From contig JBLWFJ010000001.1 in the NCBI GenBank assembly GCA_048320885.1, positions 936,110-968,109 of the forward strand: a stretch of 32,000 nucleotides of DNA, read 5' to 3'. The notes under the pieces were generated by a model. That model worked only from the letters and a program-made list of their open reading frames with translations. It did not search any database and was not told the DNA's origin. A program made the position numbers and the translations under genes. Positions 1-6,269 of this stretch are shown piece after piece (positions within the stretch are counted from its first letter, which is position 1; every line of letters begins with the position of its first letter). This DNA is from Nannocystaceae bacterium ST9 (GTDB taxonomy: Bacteria > Myxococcota_A > Polyangia > Nannocystales > Nannocystaceae).

Positions 1-981
1 GACCGAGCCGGTGACCACGTACGCGGCCCCGAGGGCGAACGCGCTGGCGGCCGCGCTCGGCGTGCCGATCCCACCCGCGGCGCCGATTCGAATCGCGCTC
101 GCGTAGCCGCGCGCGCGGGCGATCTCGTCGCGCAGCGTCAGCATCCCGGGCAGCAGCGCGGCCATCGGGCGGTTGTCGGTGTGCCCGCCCGAGTCGGCCT
201 CGACCGTGATGTCTTCGGCGACCGGCACGAGCCGGGCGAGCTCGGCCTCTTCGCGGGTGATCTGACCGCGCTCGATCAGGATCTGAAGGATCGAGTCGGG
301 CGCGGGCTCGAGGAAGCGACGGGCGACCTCGGGCCGCGAGACCTTGGCCATCACGTGGCGCGGGCGAACGATCCGTCCGTGCGGATCGCGACGCAGCCCG
401 CTGACCGCGAAGCGGACGAGCGCGGGCGTCAGCGCCATGTAGGCCGCCGCCTCGACCCGCTTCACGCCGCGCTGGATGTAGAGGTTGGCGACCGCCTCCT
501 CGAGCGCGGGCTCGTTGGGCGAGTGGATCAGGTTGCAGCCCCAGGGCAGCGCGTCCCCGAGCTCGCGCTCGAGCTCGGTCACCGCCGCCTCGACCCGCGC
601 CGGCGAGAGCCCGGCCGCGCCGAAGAACCCGAGGAAGCCGGCCCGACCCATCGCGATCACCAGCTGCGTGGTCGCGATCCCGTTGGCCATCGCTCCGGTG
701 ACATAAGGGAAACGAACCCCATGAACCTCGGCGAAGCTGCGATCGCCGAGCCACTCGGGATAGAGCGGCGGCAACACGCCCCAGAGCGGCCAGCCTGTCT
801 CCGCGTCGAGTCGACCACCGACGCCGACTCCGATCGCACCGGTCTGCGGATGCCGGATCACGTAGGCCGGCTCGCGCACGCGCTCGACCGCCGCGAGGAT
901 CTCGGCGCTGCCGAACGCCGGTCCGGAGTCCGAGCCGTTCCAGTGTCCGAGCGAAGGTGGGGTCGTGAGGTTCGCGGCCAT
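1..981 (-). CDS. pfaD: PfaD-family enoyl reductase (trans-acting ER of PUFA/polyketide synthases). This is the N-terminal 327 aa; the C-terminus lies beyond the left window edge.
   Basis: The ORF is absent from the supplied track because it is open at the window edge. Minus-strand translation from ATG (981..979) reads MAANLTTPPSLGHWNGS...RFPYVTGAMANGIATTQLVIAMGRAGFLGFFGAAGL...WGCNLIHSPNEP...LVPVAEDITVEADSGGHTDNRPMAALLP...IRIGAAGGIGTP...YVVTGSV. The EADSGGHTDNRP and AAGGIGTP blocks are the motifs I associate with PfaD/PksE-type enoyl reductases. Confidence 0.85.
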   Translation of the reverse strand, partial: MAANLTTPPSLGHWNGSDSGPAFGSAEILAAVERVREPAYVIRHPQTGAIGVGVGGRLDAETGWPLWGVLPPLYPEWLGDRSFAEVHGVRFPYVTGAMANGIATTQLVIAMGRAGFLGFFGAAGLSPARVEAAVTELERELGDALPWGCNLIHSPNEPALEEAVANLYIQRGVKRVEAAAYMALTPALVRFAVSGLRRDPHGRIVRPRHVMAKVSRPEVARRFLEPAPDSILQILIERGQITREEAELARLVPVAEDITVEADSGGHTDNRPMAALLPGMLTLRDEIARARGYASAIRIGAAGGIGTPSAAASAFALGAAYVVTGSV

Positions 982-1050
982 CCGAGGCTTCCGAGACCCA
1001 AATGCCACTGGGTGGCGCTTGTTCTCCCGGCCGCGTATAACCCCTCTCGC

Positions 1051-1758
1051 TTGCCTGCGCCATCCAGCTCGCGTGAGCAGAAGAAGGTCGAAACGCGCGC
1101 CCGCATCTTGCGCTGCGCTCACGACATGTTTCGAACGCGCGGGTTCGACAGCACCACCCTCGACGACATCTGCTTCGCCGTACCGATCTCCAAGCGCACG
1201 TTCTTCCGCTACTTCCCGGATAAAGAGGCCCTGCTGGTGCCCAACCGCGAGAAGCGGCTCGATCGCTTCATCGAGGTCCTGCGGGCGCTGCCGGTGAGCG
1301 TGCCGCCCTTCGTGATCCTTCGCCGAGTCACCGATCTCTTCGCCGCCGAGTACACCGAGAACCGCGAGCAGCTGCTCGCGCAGCAGAGCCTGCTCGGCTC
1401 TTCGGCCGCGCTCATCGCCCGCGAGCGTGAGATCGACCGCGACTGGGAAGCCGTGATCGTGAAGGTATTCGTCGCTCGCCTGCCGCCCGGCCCCGAGTCT
1501 CAGCGCCACGCCGAAGTGACCGCAGGGGCCGTGATCGGGGCCGTTCGGGCGACGATGCGGTCTTGGTTCGCGCGCGGCTGCGTCGACGACCTCGCCGCGC
1601 TCGGGCACGAGGCGATCGACGGGCTCGAGTTCGGCTTCGGCGTGCGCCCCGACTCGCGCCGACCGCCACGTGACGAGACTCCGGTCGCCGAGTCCGGGCC
1701 CAGGAAGCGTGCGACCAAGTCCCAGGCCAAAGAAAAGCCGGCGATGACCAAACGGTGA
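1051..1758 (+). CDS. TetR/AcrR family transcriptional regulator
   Basis: This is the 3' part of track ORF 181..1758; the upstream part is antisense to pfaD. The block ETRARILRCAHDMFRTRGFDSTTLDDICFAVPISKRTFFRYFPDKEALL is a canonical TetR N-terminal HTH. The start is ambiguous: TTG 1051 (used) or GTG 1012. ATG 1126 would truncate the HTH. The gene is divergent from pfaD. Confidence 0.8.
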   Translation: MPAPSSSREQKKVETRARILRCAHDMFRTRGFDSTTLDDICFAVPISKRTFFRYFPDKEALLVPNREKRLDRFIEVLRALPVSVPPFVILRRVTDLFAAEYTENREQLLAQQSLLGSSAALIAREREIDRDWEAVIVKVFVARLPPGPESQRHAEVTAGAVIGAVRATMRSWFARGCVDDLAALGHEAIDGLEFGFGVRPDSRRPPRDETPVAESGPRKRATKSQAKEKPAMTKR

Positions 1759-1766
1759 CTTGCGGG

Positions 1767-3047
1767 TCAGGGGATCGGCGTGTGGCCGTACACGACCACA
1801 CGCCTGCTGCCGCGCATGAGCGTGACGATCTCGCCGAACCCGTCGACCTCGAGATCGCGGATCTCGATCGCCTCGGGCTGATCGTTGGGATCGCTGTTCA
1901 GCGTGCGGAACTCGTCGGTCAGGCCGGTGCCGGTGGCGAGCAGGATCGACACGTCGTGCGAGCCCGCGTTGGCGACCGCGACGTCGTCGATGCCGTCGCC
2001 GTCGATGTCGCCGATCGCGATGGCCTTGGGATCGTCGCCGACCGGGTGCTGCTCGATCGGCTGGAGGTTCGCGGCCGAGACCACCGTGAGAGTGTCGCCG
2101 TCGAGATCGACGACGAGCAGCTCGAGCTGCAGATCGCCGTCGACGTCGAGCAGCGCGACGTCGGACGCCCCCGACGACGTGAACAGGTCGGGGCCGGTGA
2201 GCATCCCGTTGCCCTCGCTGTTGACGAACACGCCGATCGCCACCGGCTCGGTCATCACCAGCGCGAGATCGATGAACACGTCGTCGTCGATCTCGCCGGC
2301 CGCCAGCCCCAGGCCGGCGTGGGGATAGGAGAACGGCATGCCGAACGCACCGCCGGTCAAGAGCGTGGTGCGCAAGGCCGCGCCGCTGACCACCAGATCG
2401 CCGTCCAGGTCGCCGTCGAGGTCGGCGAACACGGCGTCATGACCACCGAAGCCCAACATGGTCGGGCTGCTGAACTCACCGCCATTCGACAGGAAGATCT
2501 GGGTCTGATCGAAAGAGACGGCCGCGAAGTCGGGAGAGCCGTCGTCGTTGACGTCGTCGACCGCGAGCCCGATCCCGAACGCGCCCGTGATCGGGCTCCC
2601 GGCCCCGAATTGTCCGTTGCTGCTCGGCCACAGCGTCACGCCCGCGGCGCTCGCGACCAAGAGGTCGAGCGAGAAGTCCCCAGTGAAATCGGCGAGCGCG
2701 ATGTCGCCAGGCTCCGCCATCTCCCGCGGGAGGTTCAAGATCTGCTTGGTGTCGATGCAGACACTGCCGAGGTCGAGCTCGCCCGGCATGCAGGCGACGT
2801 CGGTGTCGCTGCTCTCGCTCTCGCTGCCGCTCCCCTCGGTCGTCTCGCTCTCGCTGCCGCCGCTCTCGCTGCTGCCGCTCTCGCTCGCGCTCTCGCTGCC
2901 GCTCTCGCCGAGCGTGCCACTCGAGTCGCCGCTGCTCTCGCTCTCGCCGTCGGCGACCAGATATTTGTCGACGTCGAACTCCCCCCGGCAAGCGAGCGGG
3001 ACCAGCACCAAGAGCGACGGCAGCACTCGCTTCACGCCGCGAAACAT
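1767..3047 (-). CDS. FG-GAP/VCBS-repeat lipoprotein with an acidic Ser/Glu/Gly linker
   Basis: Track ORF 1767..3212 is trimmed to ATG 3047, which has GGAGAG a few nt upstream. The N-terminus MFRGVKRVLPSLLVLVPLAC has a signal peptide and lipobox. An S/E/G-rich linker follows, then repeated D-x-D/N-x-D-G units (DVNDDGSPDF, DLDGDLDGDLVV, LDVDGDLQLELLV, GDIDGDGIDDVAV, LEVDGFGEIV) typical of FG-GAP/VCBS beta-propellers. Confidence 0.8.
   Translation of the reverse strand: MFRGVKRVLPSLLVLVPLACRGEFDVDKYLVADGESESSGDSSGTLGESGSESASESGSSESGGSESETTEGSGSESESSDTDVACMPGELDLGSVCIDTKQILNLPREMAEPGDIALADFTGDFSLDLLVASAAGVTLWPSSNGQFGAGSPITGAFGIGLAVDDVNDDGSPDFAAVSFDQTQIFLSNGGEFSSPTMLGFGGHDAVFADLDGDLDGDLVVSGAALRTTLLTGGAFGMPFSYPHAGLGLAAGEIDDDVFIDLALVMTEPVAIGVFVNSEGNGMLTGPDLFTSSGASDVALLDVDGDLQLELLVVDLDGDTLTVVSAANLQPIEQHPVGDDPKAIAIGDIDGDGIDDVAVANAGSHDVSILLATGTGLTDEFRTLNSDPNDQPEAIEIRDLEVDGFGEIVTLMRGSRRVVVYGHTPIP
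2803..2950. repeat. Low-complexity CTCGCT/GCCGCT-type repeat tract (coding; encodes the S/E/G linker of the FG-GAP lipoprotein)
   Basis: ctcgctctcgctgccgct-like units are visibly reiterated. On the minus strand they translate to ESGSESASESGSSESGGSESE. Confidence 0.7.
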
Positions 3048-3093
3048 ACCCCCACTCTCCCGGCCGAGAACAGTCCTGCTATCGTCCGACGCC

Positions 3094-3945
3094 GTGCTCG
3101 AGTCCATCGTCGCGTCCTGGCTCGCCCTTGCCCCAGCGTCGGCTCCGGCCGAGTCACCCCCGAGCGAGGCCGTCGATCTCAGCGAGGCCACGCGGCTCTT
3201 CGACGAGGGCACCGCCCGCTACGACGCGGCCGACTATGCCGGCGCGATCGAGGCCTTCACGCTCGCGCTCAGCGAGCTGCGCGGGCAGGGCGTCGACGAC
3301 TTTCGCATCCGCGGCCTGCTCATGTTCAACATCGGTCGCACGCACATGCGCGCGTTCGAGATCGACGAAAAGACCGAGCACGTCCGGCAAGCCAAGAGCA
3401 TCTTCACCCGCTTCATCGCCGAGGCCGAGCAGCACCCTGACCAGGTCGAGGCCAGCGACATCGACGAGGCCAAGGCTCAGCTGGTCGAGATCGAGCTCCT
3501 GCTCGCCGGCGAGCGAGAGCCCGAGCCGACGCCGGTCGAGCCCGAGCCCGAGCGCGACCGCGGCGAGCCCGAGCCGAAGCGCCTGCGCGCGAGCGGGATC
3601 GGCCTGACGGCGGGCGGCGGGGCCCTGCTCGCGACCGGCATCGGGCTGCTCGCCTGGGGCGCGAGCTTCGGACCGCACGCCGAAGGGCAAGTCGCCCAGC
3701 TCGACGAGCTCGGCCTGCCCGCCGACAGCCCGGCCTTCGCCGACGGCGAGGACTTCATCGCCGCCGAGCGCCGCAAGGGCAACGCGTGGATGGCCGCCGG
3801 CGGGGTCGCGGCGGCGATCGGGATCGTCGGCGTGGCGCTCGGCGTTCGCCAGCTCGTGCGAGCCAAGCGGGCCGACCAGCGCCTGCAGGCGAGCGCCTCG
3901 TTCGGCCCGCGAGGCGCGTGGGTCGGCCTGTCCGGCCGCTTCTGA
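3094..3945 (+). CDS. TPR-like membrane protein (signal peptide, helical repeat region, E/P-rich linker, two TM segments)
   Basis: Track ORF 2548..3945 is trimmed to the first in-frame start outside the opposite-strand gene (GTG 3094). The N-terminus (M)LESIVASWLALAPASA looks like a signal peptide. DYAGAIEAFTLALSEL...LMFNIGRTHMRAF is TPR-like. EPEPTPVEPEPERDRGEPEP is a linker. Hydrophobic segments are GIGLTAGGGALLATGIGLLAWG and WMAAGGVAAAIGIVGVALGV. Confidence 0.6.
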   Translation: MLESIVASWLALAPASAPAESPPSEAVDLSEATRLFDEGTARYDAADYAGAIEAFTLALSELRGQGVDDFRIRGLLMFNIGRTHMRAFEIDEKTEHVRQAKSIFTRFIAEAEQHPDQVEASDIDEAKAQLVEIELLLAGEREPEPTPVEPEPERDRGEPEPKRLRASGIGLTAGGGALLATGIGLLAWGASFGPHAEGQVAQLDELGLPADSPAFADGEDFIAAERRKGNAWMAAGGVAAAIGIVGVALGVRQLVRAKRADQRLQASASFGPRGAWVGLSGRF

Positions 3946-3972
3946 TCGTCGTCACGCGTTCGAGCATCGACC

Positions 3973-4845
3973 ATGGCCATCATCGAGCTCTCGATCCCCG
4001 CCCGCCGCCGCGAGCTGGTCCCCGGCTTCTCGGTCGGTCGCGTGCTGCCCTTCGCCAAGCGCCGCAACCTCGGGCCCTTCGTGTTCCTCGATCACATGGG
4101 CCCGCTCGAGCTGCCGCCCGGTCGGGGCATGGACATCGGCGCTCACCCGCACATTGGCCTGGCGACCGTCACCTACTTGTTCGCCGGTCGCGTCGTCCAC
4201 CGCGACTCGACCGGCGCGGTCCAGACGATCGAGCCCGGCGACGTCAACTGGATGTCGGCCGGCCGCGGCATCGCCCACTCCGAGCGCACGCCCGACGACG
4301 CGCGTCGACTCGGCGGCCCCGTGCACGGGCTACAGTCCTGGGTCGCGCTGCCGCTCGCCGCCGAGCAGTCGGAGCCGGCGTTCTTCCATCACCCCGCGGC
4401 GAGCTTGCCCGAGCTCGCGTTCGAAGGTGGGAGCCTGCGGGTGATCGCCGGCAGCGAGCAGGGCCTGCGCTCGCCGGTCGCGATCGCGTCGCCGCTCGTC
4501 TACGCCGAGCTGCGCATGCAGGACGGTGCGACCTTCACCTTCTCGGCCGAGCACGAGCAGCGCGGCGCCTACGTGATCGAGGGCGCGCTGCAGACCGACG
4601 ATGGCCAGCTCGCGAGCGCCGGAGCGCTCGCGGTGTTCGAGCCCGGCCGCGCGCTGGTCCTGCGCGCGAGCGGCCCGACCCACGCGATGCTGCTCGGCGG
4701 CGCCCCGCTCGACGCCCCGCGCTTCATCGACTGGAACTTCGTGGCCAGCTCGCGCGAGCGGATCGAGCAGGCCAAGCGCGACTGGACCGAAGGTCGCTTC
4801 CCGCTCGTGCCCGGCGAGCCCGATCGGATCCCCCTGCCCGGCTGA
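3973..4845 (+). CDS. Pirin family protein (bicupin, 290 aa)
   Basis: FSVGRVLPFAKRRNLGPFVFLDHMGP...GAHPHIGLATVTYLFAGRVVHRDSTG...IEPGDVNWMSAGRGIAHSE matches the pirin N-terminal cupin with its metal-binding His/Glu pattern. Confidence 0.85.
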   Translation: MAIIELSIPARRRELVPGFSVGRVLPFAKRRNLGPFVFLDHMGPLELPPGRGMDIGAHPHIGLATVTYLFAGRVVHRDSTGAVQTIEPGDVNWMSAGRGIAHSERTPDDARRLGGPVHGLQSWVALPLAAEQSEPAFFHHPAASLPELAFEGGSLRVIAGSEQGLRSPVAIASPLVYAELRMQDGATFTFSAEHEQRGAYVIEGALQTDDGQLASAGALAVFEPGRALVLRASGPTHAMLLGGAPLDAPRFIDWNFVASSRERIEQAKRDWTEGRFPLVPGEPDRIPLPG

Positions 4846-4851
4846 GCCCGA

Positions 4852-5160
4852 TCAGCGCTCACGCGGATCGAGCTCGCGCAGCGGCGCGACGAAGGCCGCG
4901 ATCTCGTCGCGCCCGTACTTGCTCTGCCGTCGCCGCGTCGAGGGTGGATCGTGATCCCGCGAGGTGTTCTCGCGCCACGCCCGACTCGGACGGATCGGCC
5001 GGGCCACGAAGTTGCCGCCGCAGTTGGGGCACACGCCGTGCAGGACCTCGTCGACGCAGCGCGCACAGAAGGTGCACTCGTAGCTGCAGATCCTCGCCTC
5101 GTCGCTCTCGGGCGGAAGATCGCGGTCGCACAGCTCGCAGTTGGGTCGAAGCTCGAGCAT
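4852..5160 (-). CDS. DUF1272 domain protein (Cys-rich, zinc-ribbon-like)
   Basis: Track ORF 4852..5190 is trimmed to ATG 5160. MLELRPNCELCDRDLPPESDEARICSYECTFCARCVDEVLHGVCPNCGGNFVARPIRP matches the DUF1272 pattern as I remember it. Confidence 0.7.
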   Translation of the reverse strand: MLELRPNCELCDRDLPPESDEARICSYECTFCARCVDEVLHGVCPNCGGNFVARPIRPSRAWRENTSRDHDPPSTRRRQSKYGRDEIAAFVAPLRELDPRER

Positions 5161-5168
5161 GCCGGAGT

Positions 5169-5336
5169 CTAGCAGGCTGCGGAAGAACACATCACGACCC
5201 AGGGCACGCCCCTGAGGGCCGATCCCTTTGTCGCCGAAAGCTCGCAGTATGCCCGATACAGCTTCGTTTCGGCTTCGCGGCCTCGGCCCTCATTGACGCA
5301 CCCTGGGCCGCGCTGCGTTCTTCCGCAGCCTGCTAG
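5169..5336. repeat. 168-bp element bounded by a perfect 20-bp inverted repeat (MITE-like element or long intercistronic stem-loop)
   Basis: ctagcaggctgcggaagaac (5169..5188) is the exact reverse complement of gttcttccgcagcctgctag (5317..5336). The symmetry continues imperfectly inward (acccaggg / ccctgggc). The right arm overlaps the SRPBCC stop codon (5333..5335). The left arm ends 9 nt from the DUF1272 start. Confidence 0.75.
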
Positions 5337-5845
5337 CAGCGTTGCAACGCAACGAGCTCCTCGTCCAGTTGCCCGAACGTCTCGCCCATCCCTTCGTACG
5401 CTCCGGAGGCCAGCGCCGCATCGCGAACTTCCTTCGACCGATAGCGCTCGTGCAGCACCTGCAGGGTCTTGTCGCCCTTCTCCTCGAGGGTCACCGTCGT
5501 GATGGCCCCATCCTCGCCGCTCTCGTCGTTCGTCCAGACGATTCGCGAGTAGGGCGTCACTTCGATGTACGTGCCGAAGAACGCCATCGTCTTCGTCTCG
5601 TCGACGCCGAACACGAGACGGTAGCCACCTCCAGTACGGATATCCGCCTCGTAGGAGAGCAGGGGCAGCGGCATCGACTTCGGAACCCACCACCGCCTGA
5701 AGAGGCTGGGCGTGGTCCAGGCCTGAAAGACGATGCGCGGCGGGGCGTCGAAGATTCGCGTGACCACGATCTCGCACTCGGCCTTCGGTTCCACCGTCGT
5801 GCGGTGCTTCGTGGGGTTGGGCTCACTGTCTTTTGCTGCGCTCAT
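5333..5845 (-). CDS. SRPBCC superfamily protein (AHSA1/START-like, 170 aa)
   Basis: Track ORF 5333..6367 is trimmed to ATG 5845. ECEIVVTRIFDAPPRIVFQAWTTPSLFRRWWVPK...YRLVFG...FFGTYIEVTPYSRIVWT is typical of the Aha1-like SRPBCC domain. It has a 4-bp ATGA overlap with the upstream ArsR gene. Confidence 0.8.
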   Translation of the reverse strand: MSAAKDSEPNPTKHRTTVEPKAECEIVVTRIFDAPPRIVFQAWTTPSLFRRWWVPKSMPLPLLSYEADIRTGGGYRLVFGVDETKTMAFFGTYIEVTPYSRIVWTNDESGEDGAITTVTLEEKGDKTLQVLHERYRSKEVRDAALASGAYEGMGETFGQLDEELVALQRC

Positions 5846-6189
5846 CGATTGTTCTCTTTCCGTTTCAGTTCCGCGATGACCTCGTCCAGCTCGTCGAAGC
5901 GTGCGCTCCAGAGCTGGCGGTAACCTTCGATCCATTCCGTCTCCGCGGAGAGGCGGCTCGGGCCGAGCTTGCAGGTCCGTACGCGCCCGACCTTCTGCGT
6001 GGCGACGAGCCCGGCTCGCTCCAACACGCCAACGTGCTTCTTCATGCCCGTGAGGGTCATGTGGAATTTCTCGGCCAGCTCCGTGATCGAAGCGTCTGCG
6101 CGGCCGAGCTGGGCTAGAACGCCGCGCCGGGTCGCGTCCGAGAGGGCGGCGAACGAGGCGTCCAGCCGGGCACTCGAATGATGAACCAT
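5842..6189 (-). CDS. ArsR/SmtB family transcriptional regulator (115 aa)
   Basis: This is the C-terminal segment of the artefactual 1059-aa track ORF 5842..9021. From ATG 6189 it reads MVHHSSARLDASFAALSDATRRGVLAQLGRADASITELAEKFHMTLTGMKKHVGVLERAGLV, a winged HTH of ArsR type. The ArsR + SRPBCC pair is a common operon. Confidence 0.8.
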   Translation of the reverse strand: MVHHSSARLDASFAALSDATRRGVLAQLGRADASITELAEKFHMTLTGMKKHVGVLERAGLVATQKVGRVRTCKLGPSRLSAETEWIEGYRQLWSARFDELDEVIAELKRKENNR

Positions 6190-6269
6190 GTGGTTCAGTA
6201 TTAGCCCAGCGACCCGCAGCACGCAAGCCAAATCGAGCACGCGCGAAGTTCGTCCTCGTGACTCGGGCC

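Noticed and set aside
181-1050. The N-terminal 290 aa of the 525-aa track ORF 181..1758.
   Set aside because: It is antisense to the clearly recognisable PfaD reading frame and has a low-complexity R/D/G/E-rich composition. Only the TetR part from about 1051 is coding.
1755-5336. Large plus-strand ORFs 1755..3440 (561 aa) and 3786..5336 (516 aa), and minus-strand ORF 3477..4067.
   Set aside because: They overlap better-supported genes (FG-GAP lipoprotein, TPR-like protein, pirin, DUF1272) and translate to Arg/Ala-rich low-complexity sequence.
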